Counted from the whole stretch's first letter, positions 1-13,419 are shown. The stretch is 63,774 nt of DNA, filler included, from Lama guanicoe (GCA_013239625.1; 176 parts of 176 records of this genome joined end to end with filler, not necessarily neighbours in it), one strand, 5' to 3'. A program made the numbers and translations. Notes: generated by a model not told the origin, from the letters alone.

Positions 1-262
1 TCCAGGCGGTCAGGAGAGAAGGAGGAGGGGCGGGGACATCGCACACACGCGGCCTGACCACCTACCAGGCCTCAAGGAACTCGCGCCTCTTCTGCAGAGC
101 GCCGCAGACGCGGCGCGGGGCCTCGCTCCAGGGTTGGGGGAGGCCGGGGCGGGTGGCAGGCGCCGCGGCAGCGCGGGGCTTGTAAACAGATCCCGCCGCG
201 CGTGACCTTATGAGCTACCTGCTTCCGGGGCGCCTATTGTCTTTCCTGCCAGCCGAGCCACA
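1..262. promoter_or_regulatory. CpG island / promoter-like fragment
   Basis: Very GC- and CpG-rich. GC box GGGGCGGGG at 27-35, forkhead-type GTAAACA at 182-188, ETS-type CTTCCGG at 222-228. Confidence 0.7.
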
Positions 263-724
263 NNNNNNNNNNNNNNNNNNNNNNNNNNNNNNNNNNNNNN
301 NNNNNNTTAATTAATTAANNNNNNNNNNNNNNNNNNNNNNNNNNNNNNNNNNNNNNNNNNNNTTAAAAGTGCCACCTATTTCTTGAAAGGAATTCTATTT
401 TGTAAGTGGAAGTCCCTTCTCATGTTTAATATTGATTCTTATTACATTAATTTCCTATACGTATCATAAACTTAATGATTTTCTGTTCTATACCACTTTA
501 GTGTTCACCCATATTCAGTATTACAGGATAAACAGGGTACCGTAATTAAATTAGAGATTGCACTTAGAAATGTTTAGAGCAGTAACAAGTATATAGATTT
601 ACTCTAAATTTACTTTGTCATCTTNNNNNNNNNNNNNNNNNNNNNNNNNNNNNNNNNNNNNNNNNNNNTTAATTAATTAANNNNNNNNNNNNNNNNNNNN
701 NNNNNNNNNNNNNNNNNNNNNNNN

Positions 725-838
725 GCTATGAACATTGGGGTGCATGTATCTTTTTGAATTAAGGGCCCCTCTGGATATATGCCCAGGAGTGAGATTGCTG
801 GATCAGATGGTAAGTCTGTTTTCAGTCTTTTGAGGAAT
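725..838 (-). mobile_element. LINE-1 ORF2 C-terminal fragment, 5'-truncated, abutting older L1-like sequence
   Basis: Minus-strand translation FLKRLKTDLPSDPAISLLGIYP...KDTCTPMF is a typical L1 ORF2 C-terminal motif. Confidence 0.9.
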
Positions 839-1086
839 TGGAGGCATGATTGATGCATCTCAAGATGTGAGACTTGTTTAGCCTTGGAAAATTCTGCCCA
901 GCTATATTCCAGGAGGCTGTATGTGTGTTCCATCAGCAATGAAGGAGAGTTGCTGTGTTCCCTGTTCTCTAGTAATGAGCATTGTCNNNNNNNNNNNNNN
1001 NNNNNNNNNNNNNNNNNNNNNNNNNNNNNNTTAATTAATTAANNNNNNNNNNNNNNNNNNNNNNNNNNNNNNNNNNNNNNNNNNNN

Positions 1087-1180
1087 TACCTCATCTAAAC
1101 CTAATTGCCTCCCCCAGATTCCACCTCCAAACACCATCCCATTGGGGATTAGGATTTCAACACGTGAATGGGGGCAGGGG
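1087..1180 (-). mobile_element. ERVL-MaLR (MLT1/MST-type) LTR fragment
   Basis: acctcatctaaacctaattgcctccc...ccacctccaaacaccatc...ttggggattaggatttcaacacgtgaat resembles the antisense 5' end of an MLT1 LTR as recalled from consensus. Confidence 0.75.
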
Positions 1181-1528
1181 GAGCTCTATGGCCGTACCAG
1201 ATGTTGAGGTTGAGTGCCCAGCAGCTGTTCCCCATTTCTTCAACGTGGAGCAGCATTTAATTTCACACCAGCTTTGGGAAAGAACTCTCATTAGTCTTAA
1301 CCAGTTGGGCACTCCCCCTTTGTCAGAGAGGGACATTTTCAATTATCTNNNNNNNNNNNNNNNNNNNNNNNNNNNNNNNNNNNNNNNNNNNNTTAATTAA
1401 TTAANNNNNNNNNNNNNNNNNNNNNNNNNNNNNNNNNNNNNNNNNNNNGAGTCTTTGATTGGAGTGGTAATGCTGGGTGATGAAATACTCAACATTAGGG
1501 ACTTCCATTTTTAAATTTTTCTTGCAAC

Positions 1529-1606
1529 TTTTTTTTTTTTAATGGAGGTACTGAGAACTGACCCCAGGACCTCATGCACTCGACCAGGGAGCTATACCCA
1601 CTCCCC
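1529..1606 (-). mobile_element. tRNA-Ala-derived camelid SINE (vic-1-like), internally deleted
   Basis: Poly-T followed by aatggaggtactg...cccaggacctcatgca...gagctataccc, the reverse of a tRNA-Ala-like head plus A tail. Confidence 0.75.
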
Positions 1607-2534
1607 TGGGCACTTTTTTTTTAAAGGGAGGGGCCAGCGCTTCTGCCTCCTTCTGACTCCCGCCTCGAGTGGCTGCTGCTGGTTTGTGGAATGCTTCGGC
1701 TGCTCAGGTGNNNNNNNNNNNNNNNNNNNNNNNNNNNNNNNNNNNNNNNNNNNNTTAATTAATTAANNNNNNNNNNNNNNNNNNNNNNNNNNNNNNNNNN
1801 NNNNNNNNNNATTTAAAATAATTTATCACCTCATAAAACTAATGACCTCGAAAGACTGTAAAGTCTGGCTTGTGACTTAAGACAAGTGCAATGAGGTGGG
1901 TGGGTGGGATTCTGCAAAGAGTAGATGTAGATGTACCCTGGGTAGACTCTTCTGGAATTGGTAATCTATGATTCTTATACTTAGAAATATTCTTGCTTCT
2001 GGAGTAGTACTCTATCAGATTGTACACTCTGGTGTTTGTGTGTGTGTGTGTGTTTGTGTTGGAATGAAAAAGNNNNNNNNNNNNNNNNNNNNNNNNNNNN
2101 NNNNNNNNNNNNNNNNTTAATTAATTAANNNNNNNNNNNNNNNNNNNNNNNNNNNNNNNNNNNNNNNNNNNNTGAGAAATAGCACGTGGAGAACCATTGC
2201 CCTGAGCAATACTGAGGTGTTTCAGGCTGAAACCACATTGAAGGCAATTGGTAGGCTCTTGATTTGACTGGCTTGATTTAAAATGCACTTTCCCCTGGAG
2301 GCAGATATCTGATTTTGCTGTCAGGAACACCAGTGCACACCATGGTATAGAGAGTCACTTTGAATCTCCCCAAAACTACATCAGGTTTGGGTAAATGATT
2401 TCTCCGGTGCTCACACTATTTGCGACGTCAACAANNNNNNNNNNNNNNNNNNNNNNNNNNNNNNNNNNNNNNNNNNNNTTAATTAATTAANNNNNNNNNN
2501 NNNNNNNNNNNNNNNNNNNNNNNNNNNNNNNNNN

Positions 2535-2631
2535 TTTATTTATTTATTTATTTTAGAAGAGGTACTGGGGGTTGAACCCAGGACCTCATGGATGCTAAGC
2601 ATGTGCTCTATCACTTGAGCTAGACCCTCCT
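2535..2631 (-). mobile_element. tRNA-Ala-derived camelid SINE (vic-1-like)
   Basis: (TTTA)n tail followed by gaggtactgggggttgaacccaggacctcatggatgctaagcatgtgctctatcacttgagcta. Confidence 0.85.
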
Positions 2632-2947
2632 CTCATAAGATGCTATTTCATTAAAGATGTCATTTATTGCTGAGTACATCTTCTGCAGGACATCTTTTAG
2701 TAGCTCACACACAAAAAATAATTTTTAAGATATATTTTATTATTCACAGAGTGTAACAAATACTGTAAGCTGAGATCTGTTGGGGACATCTGTACTNNNN
2801 NNNNNNNNNNNNNNNNNNNNNNNNNNNNNNNNNNNNNNNNTTAATTAATTAANNNNNNNNNNNNNNNNNNNNNNNNNNNNNNNNNNNNNNNNNNNNGTTT
2901 GGACTTGGCAAAAAAGGAGAGGTCCCTTCTCATAGTCCCCCCCCCCC

Positions 2948-3034
2948 TTTTTTTCTTAATGGAGGTGCTGGGGGTTGAGCCCAGGACCTCAGGCATGCTA
3001 AGCACCTGCGCTGCCACTGAGCTGGACTCACCTC
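2948..3034 (-). mobile_element. tRNA-Ala-derived camelid SINE (vic-1-like)
   Basis: T-rich tail followed by aatggaggtgctgggggttgagcccaggacctcaggcatgctaagcacctgcgctgccactgagct. Confidence 0.85.
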
Positions 3035-4029
3035 TTCTCGCAGCTCTGAATTGTTGACCCCACACTCCACTCCCTCCCGCCAGTTTCTTCTGAGTTTGCG
3101 TTTTCTCCTTCCTTAAAAAGAAGTTCTTATTTGTGTTTTGATTGAAAAAGGGGCCCTTGNNNNNNNNNNNNNNNNNNNNNNNNNNNNNNNNNNNNNNNNN
3201 NNNTTAATTAATTAANNNNNNNNNNNNNNNNNNNNNNNNNNNNNNNNNNNNNNNNNNNNTATTTTCAGTTTTTATGTGCATTTCTTCAATGTTAATGTAC
3301 GTAAAAAACTAGTTGCTAAAACTAGCTGGAAGTGCATTAACATGATCATAATATATGATAAACAGGTAACTATCTTTAAACATTCAGAATTAAAGAGTAA
3401 GTGTACTGTTGCTTATACACATCGATGGAAACATTTTTTCTTCTAAGTTTTTTTTTTATTTTGGAAGAAAAACAATCAGTGTTTCCACAGCCTCATTTGC
3501 CTGTATTTATAAAACAGGAGGCNNNNNNNNNNNNNNNNNNNNNNNNNNNNNNNNNNNNNNNNNNNNTTAATTAATTAANNNNNNNNNNNNNNNNNNNNNN
3601 NNNNNNNNNNNNNNNNNNNNNNCCAAATTCGATAAAACCTCCCGGACAAGTTCAGCAAAATGCAAAGAAATGTTTCTCTCTTCAAGACTGAAATGTCTGT
3701 GAAGCTATAAAAACTTCTACATCTAAAAAATAGGGAACCAACTCATCAATAACATATCTATATATAATGCATGGCCATTTAAAAAAATACTGTATTTACC
3801 GCTATTAAATTCTATCTGGCTTTTGCCAAATTGTATCCTAAACTGTAAGGAAAGTATATAAAGGTAGAGAATTTTTGACCTTTTNNNNNNNNNNNNNNNN
3901 NNNNNNNNNNNNNNNNNNNNNNNNNNNNTTAATTAATTAANNNNNNNNNNNNNNNNNNNNNNNNNNNNNNNNNNNNNNNNNNNNATTGTGATGTACACCA
4001 GAAATTGACACAATATTGTAAACTGACTA

Positions 4030-4145
4030 TATAATTTAATAATATATATATATGTTATAATAATATATAATATATTATTATATATAATATATTATAATAT
4101 AATATAATAATATATAAATATATATATATATGTATATATATATAC
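4030..4145. repeat. AT-rich (TA)n-like low-complexity tract following an L1 3' end
   Basis: Near-pure A/T alternation downstream of the L1 3' motif gtacaccagaaattgacac. Confidence 0.85.
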
Positions 4146-5797
4146 ACACATACAAAAAGGAAAAGATTTCTCACTGAGGATACCAAGCAAAATAAACTGT
4201 ATTGTTATAAAGGCTTCCAATAAATGATCAGTTACAATAAATGAAGNNNNNNNNNNNNNNNNNNNNNNNNNNNNNNNNNNNNNNNNNNNNTTAATTAATT
4301 AANNNNNNNNNNNNNNNNNNNNNNNNNNNNNNNNNNNNNNNNNNNNCTCTTGCCAGGACCCAGGTTGCTGTCACACTGAGCTGTCACACACTTTGCTGTA
4401 ACAATGAAAGAGTTATCGGATTTTGCCAAATGTCCTTTCCTGTCTATTGAGAGGACCGTTTGGTTTCGCCCTGTGTTGTGGGGATGACCAGGATTTGTTG
4501 GAATCAGGTATGGTAGGACCGGCAGACATGGAAATGACTGTCATAAAATAATAAGTTTACTTATGGTTTCTGCAGGTTTAGGATGGGCTAATTTGGATCA
4601 TTTCAGCAGNNNNNNNNNNNNNNNNNNNNNNNNNNNNNNNNNNNNNNNNNNNNTTAATTAATTAANNNNNNNNNNNNNNNNNNNNNNNNNNNNNNNNNNN
4701 NNNNNNNNNAAACATCACATTTCCTTGGCCTCAGTCACATATTCCAGAGGGAAGTAACTGCTATTTTATGAATGTGTAAAAGGTTTAAAAATTACTCATT
4801 TTGACCTAGGTTTGAAAAAACAGAGACTGTTTGTATAGTTCTGTTTTTTGACACCTACCAAAATGTGGCCTTAAAAAGTTAGTTTTTTTCCTGTAAATGA
4901 TATCAAATTGCTCACAAGCCCCAATTTCTGGTTGGTGGCCAGGGCCAGATGGGAGTTGGGGAAGGGACAGANNNNNNNNNNNNNNNNNNNNNNNNNNNNN
5001 NNNNNNNNNNNNNNNTTAATTAATTAANNNNNNNNNNNNNNNNNNNNNNNNNNNNNNNNNNNNNNNNNNNNTTTTTTTTCAACTGAATGCTGGTAGCACA
5101 TGTTTGACACTCTGGAATCTGGCCCCACAGTCTCATCAGCCCCCTAGGAATACAGTCACAGCCCTGGGAAGTTCCTCAGGGCTCTGCCCCTCCCATGTAA
5201 CATACCCTCTTCTCCAACAAGCTCCCCGAGTCCAGCCTGGGTGCCAGCTCAGCCCCCCACAGGCTCTCCAGGGACCTGCAGGGGACACAACACCACATGG
5301 GCAGTCCTCAGCCAATGGGAGCAACGGATGAACANNNNNNNNNNNNNNNNNNNNNNNNNNNNNNNNNNNNNNNNNNNNTTAATTAATTAANNNNNNNNNN
5401 NNNNNNNNNNNNNNNNNNNNNNNNNNNNNNNNNNGATGATATTTACCAAACTTATTGTGGTAATCATTTCATGATGTAAGTCAATACGTTGTGCACCTTA
5501 AACTTTTATAGTGCTGTTTGTCAATTGTATCTCAATAAAACTGGAAGAAAAACATAAAGTTAAGGCATTTCTGAATACATTTAGAAGTAAAAACAATAAG
5601 AAATCTACTAAAAAGGTGATAATTGAAGTTTAAATACAGATCGTGAAAGACCTTTACTTCTTGCCATGTAATAAACAAAACAGCATCGTTATGCATGNNN
5701 NNNNNNNNNNNNNNNNNNNNNNNNNNNNNNNNNNNNNNNNNTTAATTAATTAANNNNNNNNNNNNNNNNNNNNNNNNNNNNNNNNNNNNNNNNNNNN

Positions 5798-6059
5798 AAA
5801 AGAATAAAATAATGCCACTTGCAGCAACATAGATGGACCTGGAGATCATACTATGTGAACTAATTCAGAGAAAGAAAAATACCATATGATGTCATTTACA
5901 TGAGGAATCTAAAAAAAATGATTCCATGTGTATTATTTACAATACAGAGATAGACACACAACGTAGAAAACAAACTTATGGTTATGGGGGGGTAAAGGGG
6001 GTGAAGAGAAATAAATTGTGAGTTTGAGATTTGCAGATACTAACTACTATATATAAAAT
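5798..6059 (+). mobile_element. LINE-1 ORF2 end / 3' UTR
   Basis: aaagaataaaataatgccacttgcagcaacatagatggacctggagatcat matches the KNKIMPFAATWMDLE region, followed by 3' UTR. Confidence 0.9.
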
Positions 6060-6159
6060 NNNNNNNNNNNNNNNNNNNNNNNNNNNNNNNNNNNNNNNNN
6101 NNNTTAATTAATTAANNNNNNNNNNNNNNNNNNNNNNNNNNNNNNNNNNNNNNNNNNNN

Positions 6160-6422
6160 GGAAAACAGTATGCAAGTTCCTCAAAAAATAAAAAAAATAC
6201 AACCACCACGTGATCAGCAATCCCACTTCTGGACATTTATCCAAAAGAACAGAAATCAGGATCTTGGAGAGATACCAGCACTCTCACGTTCGTTGTAGCA
6301 CTATTCACAACAGCCCAGATGTGGAAACAACCTAAAGGCCCATCAGTGGATAAATGTATAAAGGAAATGGTATACACATAAAATGGAATACCATTCTGTC
6401 TTTAAAAAGGAAGAAATTCTGT
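6160..6422 (+). mobile_element. LINE-1 ORF2 C-terminal fragment (older L1M)
   Basis: ggaaaacagtatg...cagcaatcccacttctgg...gttgtagcactattcacaacagcc...tggaaacaacctaa. Confidence 0.9.
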
Positions 6423-9400
6423 NNNNNNNNNNNNNNNNNNNNNNNNNNNNNNNNNNNNNNNNNNNNTTAATTAATTAANNNNNNNNNNNNNNNNNNNNNN
6501 NNNNNNNNNNNNNNNNNNNNNNCCTCTGGTCATGGGAGAGCGGATTCTATATTCACAAAAATAGAGGAAATTATGTGACCTAATAGAGGGGAACAGAGGT
6601 GGGACTAGTCCTAAAAAAATCAGCCTCTGCCTCTGTCTTTAGAATATGTATTCTTACTCATAACCACACTTTTGCTATAGGTGTGGAAAGGTTACCCATG
6701 GGGCCTACAGTTAGCTGGGATGCCTGGAGTGTTAACGTTCACAGAGGACTTTTAATTAAGCAGAGTAGGTATTTCTGTCAACAGGNNNNNNNNNNNNNNN
6801 NNNNNNNNNNNNNNNNNNNNNNNNNNNNNTTAATTAATTAANNNNNNNNNNNNNNNNNNNNNNNNNNNNNNNNNNNNNNNNNNNNGGTAGGCGGGAGCAT
6901 CCACAAATGAAGTACCTGAATAAACCAAATGCCCGAAACATTTTCAAACTGAAGATTCTTCGATCACTCTGTTATACCTAAGTAATCAGAGAATTGACTT
7001 GCCCACAAATATAGAAAACAAAAACGGAAAGAGAACGAGCCCACTGAACAGCATCCTCTCTCACATACACTGTAAACAATGATTCTTCTCCCAAAAGTAT
7101 GCTTTTTAGTTGCCATTTGGAAGTTCCCATAAAAAACTCATGAGGTAGNNNNNNNNNNNNNNNNNNNNNNNNNNNNNNNNNNNNNNNNNNNNTTAATTAA
7201 TTAANNNNNNNNNNNNNNNNNNNNNNNNNNNNNNNNNNNNNNNNNNNNATCAAGGGAGTGACTTAGGTAGATGAAGAGAAGAGGTGTTGAAGAAGAGTGG
7301 AGCCAAAGTATTAGAAACAGCATCAATGTGCATATTAAAATCACCAAGAATTAAGGCAGGAGCATTGGAGATACTGACAATGAACCAGAAGTTAAAATCA
7401 AGAAATGAAAGTACCCTTGGTCGACTTCAAATTTTATTGCACTGAGATCTTAAGAGGAGCTTTTAAGATTACTAGCCTTTGAAGTTCACTGAGGTTTTCT
7501 ATGTGGCCAAANNNNNNNNNNNNNNNNNNNNNNNNNNNNNNNNNNNNNNNNNNNNTTAATTAATTAANNNNNNNNNNNNNNNNNNNNNNNNNNNNNNNNN
7601 NNNNNNNNNNNGGGTTAAAAAATAGAAACAGTTTCAAAGTTTTATATCCTTATCAGAATTAACTGATGAATTCCTTTGAGCTATCATATATAATGAGGGG
7701 AATTTTTCATAACAGCTGTAGCTGTGAAGAAAACCACTTTAACAGGTTTTTGAATAATGGACTTTTTGGACGTTTGGTAGTATTATTTTACCAATTGAGC
7801 TTTCTTGTTTTTTGCTCACTGAGATTGATTCCTTAGATAGAGAAACTTCAGTGATGGACACTCTTTTGCACATGNNNNNNNNNNNNNNNNNNNNNNNNNN
7901 NNNNNNNNNNNNNNNNNNTTAATTAATTAANNNNNNNNNNNNNNNNNNNNNNNNNNNNNNNNNNNNNNNNNNNNAACAACTCGATTTTCATGGCCCAATT
8001 TTAATTATTGCAGGCATATATAATTTTCCATGGAAATTTAAAAAGTTAGCTGAAAAGAATTCTTGGAGAAGGGATCTGAATGACAGAGAGGTCACTGTAT
8101 GGGAAAGCACAGGGGTATGGCTTTGGCTCACATCATTCCTTTAACCTGGATCACCTTCGCCGCCATTGATAAGCCCTGCTGAGCCCAACTCTTAGGACTC
8201 AAGTCAACTGTCAGCACTTGAGGGCAGCCTCCCCGGGNNNNNNNNNNNNNNNNNNNNNNNNNNNNNNNNNNNNNNNNNNNNTTAATTAATTAANNNNNNN
8301 NNNNNNNNNNNNNNNNNNNNNNNNNNNNNNNNNNNNNTATTCTGGAACCAACTAAGTAATGGAATTCCTGGTAAACATTCAAAATTTCTTGCTCAAAATA
8401 AAGAAAGGAGAAAAGATGGTCTCTGCCATGGGGCACCACATAAGATGCCATTTACTGTAGTTCACAAAGTTCCACTCAGTCTCCTACATGCAAAGGATGC
8501 AATCAGTCTTCCTCAAAATTGGGCTCTTTTCCTGAGAAATCCAGATCTGATACATTGAAATTGATCAAATTATACACCTAAAATTAATCAAGTCATATTA
8601 NNNNNNNNNNNNNNNNNNNNNNNNNNNNNNNNNNNNNNNNNNNNTTAATTAATTAANNNNNNNNNNNNNNNNNNNNNNNNNNNNNNNNNNNNNNNNNNNN
8701 CACCTCCACAAGTGAAAAACAACCCACCACGTGTCTGGACCAGTTTATAAGCTGATGCAAAATCACAGGATTGAATTCCAAGGAACAAAATTTCCTTGAA
8801 TTCTAAGTAGGCAAGGGAGCTGGGTGGGGTGCTATGAACATAGTGTTGAAAGTCTCCTGGGGCAGAACAGATACGAAGTATTGTTCTTTTTCCTTTTTTA
8901 AAATTTTATTTTAATGTATCATTCTTAGTGGGGTCACTGCACAGAAAGTGGCCAGCTCTGTGTNNNNNNNNNNNNNNNNNNNNNNNNNNNNNNNNNNNNN
9001 NNNNNNNTTAATTAATTAANNNNNNNNNNNNNNNNNNNNNNNNNNNNNNNNNNNNNNNNNNNNTGAAATATCCATAGAGGAATGAATAAACAAATTATGG
9101 TAAATACATACACACCTCATAAGCAAGTTCCTTTGCTTATGAAAACTGTCACCCACCAACCTGGAGTGATTTCTACAGAGCTCCTCTTCTTCACTCTCCT
9201 CCTGTGAGTGGGGGTGGGGGTGCCATTTCAGATTATGCCCATGAGCTCCCCAGGAGGCTGGAACCAGCCCCAGGGTGGGACAGCAGCCCTGCACTGGGAG
9301 TTCTGGGCAGAGGCAGCATCTATCCCNNNNNNNNNNNNNNNNNNNNNNNNNNNNNNNNNNNNNNNNNNNNTTAATTAATTAANNNNNNNNNNNNNNNNNN

Positions 9401-10878
9401 NNNNNNNNNNNNNNNNNNNNNNNNNNGTTCAGAGACCTTTAATGGGGAATGTAATCACCAAGAAAAATGGCTGCTCTTGGCCATAAGAGCCTTTCTTAGG
9501 CCCAAGCCAGAGGAGGTCTCCATTCCACCCCGTATTGTTTCTCAAGTGAACCCAATGTCTGGGACACTGAGGTCCCTCGCAGAGCTGCTTCGTCAGGCTA
9601 CCTTCAGAAATGAAACCACCTGAGGCTGCAGGCAAGCCTCGTATCAAAGGCTGAACTGAGGTCCATAATTAGAGAATTTCTCAAATCCANNNNNNNNNNN
9701 NNNNNNNNNNNNNNNNNNNNNNNNNNNNNNNNNTTAATTAATTAANNNNNNNNNNNNNNNNNNNNNNNNNNNNNNNNNNNNNNNNNNNNAAAATATATTT
9801 TGCTATTTAATGATATTATAAGTAAAAATAAATTAGAAGTTAAAATTATTAGCATGGATTCTCCCATGCATCTTTATACTATGGAATGCCAGTTTTAACT
9901 GCCAAGATAAGAGCATTTAACTCATATAGAGAATCACCAAAATTACACAATTTGTATTCCTTAGCTCAAGCCTGCATATATATTTCATTCTTACCAGAAG
10001 AGTGAAAAAGTTGCACAAAACTAACTGGTTTTATTTCACTTGATACACACACNNNNNNNNNNNNNNNNNNNNNNNNNNNNNNNNNNNNNNNNNNNNTTAA
10101 TTAATTAANNNNNNNNNNNNNNNNNNNNNNNNNNNNNNNNNNNNNNNNNNNNCTTTTTAAACTATTCCTCAAAAATTGTGCTAAGGGTAGGCAAGTAGAG
10201 GCAGATAATTCAGAAATATTTTGGTCATTATAAGAACCTTACCAGAAGTGCTGTGCCTGGATAGCAAATAAATATTTTCGGAGTGAATGAATGAGTAATT
10301 GTATGTTCATTTGTGCCTTCTGTGATATACACAACACGCTCTATAGTTTCTGGGAAAACGTGAACGATCTGCATGGTGACTTACTTAGTTTCTTCCCTAT
10401 CTATTGTCAAACAGGNNNNNNNNNNNNNNNNNNNNNNNNNNNNNNNNNNNNNNNNNNNNTTAATTAATTAANNNNNNNNNNNNNNNNNNNNNNNNNNNNN
10501 NNNNNNNNNNNNNNNACACAGAATTACCTAAATGAATATACAGTTACAAAGTACAATATGTGCTTTGTGGAATTCAGGAAGCTAGGAGAAAAGGTAGGAA
10601 GGCAGAATCAGAATTCCTCTCTGTCTGGAATGTCTTTCTCCTCACCATTGCTGGTTGCCCATCTTATTAGATGTAAAATCCTTGCCTCCTCTGCAGAGCT
10701 GATCCTGATCCTCCTGCTAGAAATAACCACTTCTCACTCTAGAGTCTCATAACCCTTTCTGAATGGCTTGCAGTCTAGNNNNNNNNNNNNNNNNNNNNNN
10801 NNNNNNNNNNNNNNNNNNNNNNTTAATTAATTAANNNNNNNNNNNNNNNNNNNNNNNNNNNNNNNNNNNNNNNNNNNN

Positions 10879-11141
10879 ACCTTGGAAAGATTTAAGGTGC
10901 TGCCTCAAATTCCTTTAAAGATCTTAACAACATAAGAATTTTAAAGGCATGGTCCCCCAATAGCTTCACAGGGAGCCCAAGATGAAGAGCTTATCTCAAA
11001 AAGACCTATGAGGGTAGCTTTTCCAATGGCATGAACCCAAATAAAATTCACAGGAAACTCAAAGTTTTAAAGAGAACTGTGCAAGCAAAATCACTGCCTG
11101 CTAGCTTGGACTGAAGGAGACCAAGACAGTGCAAAATGAGA
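10879..11141 (+). mobile_element. Probable MaLR (MLT1) internal sequence
   Basis: Resembles MLT1-int motifs (aaagatttaagg..., cttatctcaaaaagac...) from memory only. Confidence 0.45.
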
Positions 11142-11784
11142 NNNNNNNNNNNNNNNNNNNNNNNNNNNNNNNNNNNNNNNNNNNNTTAATTAATTAANNN
11201 NNNNNNNNNNNNNNNNNNNNNNNNNNNNNNNNNNNNNNNNNTGGGACCACGTTCATTAATGACATCCCTGCAGCTCAGAGTTACCTTTGGGCTCTCTGTC
11301 TCTCCACATGCCTCCTCCTGACCTTATCCAGCCCTGTGGCTATAAACCTGTCCTGTGTGCTGGGACTCAGGTGTCTATGCCCAGCCCCAGCTTTCCTTGA
11401 AAGATCTAATGTCTTTGTTCAACCACTGAGGAGTCATCTTCCGCTGGGTGTCTAGATGTCGCTAATTAACCTGGTCATGTCTTCATCTAATCTGCTAACT
11501 TTATNNNNNNNNNNNNNNNNNNNNNNNNNNNNNNNNNNNNNNNNNNNNTTAATTAATTAANNNNNNNNNNNNNNNNNNNNNNNNNNNNNNNNNNNNNNNN
11601 NNNNAATGATTCCTTCATACTAGGAAATATTCTGCAGAAGCTTAAAAAGAGTACGGAGGAGAGAGGTCTGTTTACCGAAGGGAAGGGCATGTATCATGCG
11701 ATCCCATTTATGTCCAACAAGACCAATAAACGCCTGATAAAACCACCATGGCATTCGATGGATCCCTGTGGAGCAGAAGTTCCG

Positions 11785-11867
11785 TGTTCCAGGGGACGCT
11801 GGCAATGTTTGGAGATATCTAGTGTTGTCACAACTGGGGAGAGGGCAGAGGCCGTATCAGGTAGAGG
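11785..11867 (+). mobile_element. MER20 (hAT-Charlie) DNA transposon fragment
   Basis: ccaggggacgctggcaatgtttggagatat...gttgtcacaactgggg...gtagagg is a characteristic MER20 core. Confidence 0.8.
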
Positions 11868-12693
11868 NNNNNNNNNNNNNNNNNNNNNNNNNNNNNNNNN
11901 NNNNNNNNNNNTTAATTAATTAANNNNNNNNNNNNNNNNNNNNNNNNNNNNNNNNNNNNNNNNNNNNGAATTAATTAAAATTTGTCAAATCTGAACCAGC
12001 ACATTCTTATATAGCTGGATTCAGAATCATAATAAAGATATATTTCCCTTCATCCATTTCTTTTTTAAAAATTAGAGCATAAAGCCTTCTCAGAAACCCA
12101 TCAGCAAATTTCCCTGAAGTCTCATTAGTGAAGATTCAATGTCCCTCATTTTCTCCTTCCTTGAACATTACAAAGTAAATCCTAATATGAGGGACTTGAA
12201 GCAATATCAAATTATGAAGATTTTTATTTTNNNNNNNNNNNNNNNNNNNNNNNNNNNNNNNNNNNNNNNNNNNNTTAATTAATTAANNNNNNNNNNNNNN
12301 NNNNNNNNNNNNNNNNNNNNNNNNNNNNNNAGTATAATACCTTTACTATACCTAGGTTTAATGAAAGTCAAATAAGATCACGTTATAAGTGTTGCAGATT
12401 TGTCAAGAGAAAAATATAGTAATGTTGTGTGGTAAAATTTTAAGTAATTTAAATGCAAATGAAATGAGAGCTTTGGGTAAATTTTTAAAATATATTTTTT
12501 AAATGTATGCTTAAGACAATCTCTAAAAGTTTTGTATCTTTAAATTCTAGAGCTGTGCTAAATTAAGTTAAATGATAGGATTTTATTAAATAGNNNNNNN
12601 NNNNNNNNNNNNNNNNNNNNNNNNNNNNNNNNNNNNNTTAATTAATTAANNNNNNNNNNNNNNNNNNNNNNNNNNNNNNNNNNNNNNNNNNNN

Positions 12694-12956
12694 CTTAAAT
12701 GGTGAAAGGACTTCCCTGTAAGAGCCAGGTTGTAAAGACTAGAAATTGTGACTACTTGTTCAAATATGCAAACATCAATTTCTAGACAGCAAGGTTCACA
12801 AGTGTCAGAGAAACACAACACTACCAAATGCCAAGATAAGGCACCAGCAACTAACCCTAAAAAATTGGAGATCTAATAAATGCCTGACAAAGAATTCAGA
12901 ATATTCATCTTAAAGAAGCTTTGTGAGCTATGAGAGAATAGAGACAATAAAAAAAA
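12694..12956 (+). mobile_element. Old LINE-1 5' UTR end / ORF1 N-terminus
   Basis: Degenerate translation ..MPDKEFRIFILKKLCEL resembles the L1M ORF1 N-terminal region. Confidence 0.7.
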
Positions 12957-13077
12957 NNNNNNNNNNNNNNNNNNNNNNNNNNNNNNNNNNNNNNNNNNNN
13001 TTAATTAATTAANNNNNNNNNNNNNNNNNNNNNNNNNNNNNNNNNNNNNNNNNNNNCTGGAGTCAGGTGTTTCCCTT

Positions 13078-13319
13078 TGTTACCGGGAAAAGGAAAGTAA
13101 GAATTACCTCGGTTCTTAGTCACTTAAAAAAAGATTTTTGACGAGAGACAGAAAGTGTGACATAAGCAAGATTTTTATTAGTGAAATAAGAAAAACTAGT
13201 GAAGGATAGTGCACCCCCGAGAACTGGGAGTGGGCCAATCCAAGACGGGAAAACGGCACTGTTCCTTTGTTTTTCCTGTTTTTATATCCTGGATTCGTGA
13301 TTGATTGATGGATTGATTG
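13078..13319 (-). mobile_element. Probable ERV LTR with its boundary at TGTTACC
   Basis: Starts with TG, has an antisense AATAAA (ttttatt) and a later antisense TATA-like ttttata. This is typical LTR architecture. Confidence 0.5.
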
Positions 13320-13419
13320 NNNNNNNNNNNNNNNNNNNNNNNNNNNNNNNNNNNNNNNNNNNNTTAATTAATTAANNNNNNNNNNNNNNNNNNNNNNNNN
13401 NNNNNNNNNNNNNNNNNNN

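Noticed and set aside
2535..3034. tRNA-Ala genes at the SINE copies
   Set aside because: A-rich tails, CpG decay and broken stems identify them as SINEs.
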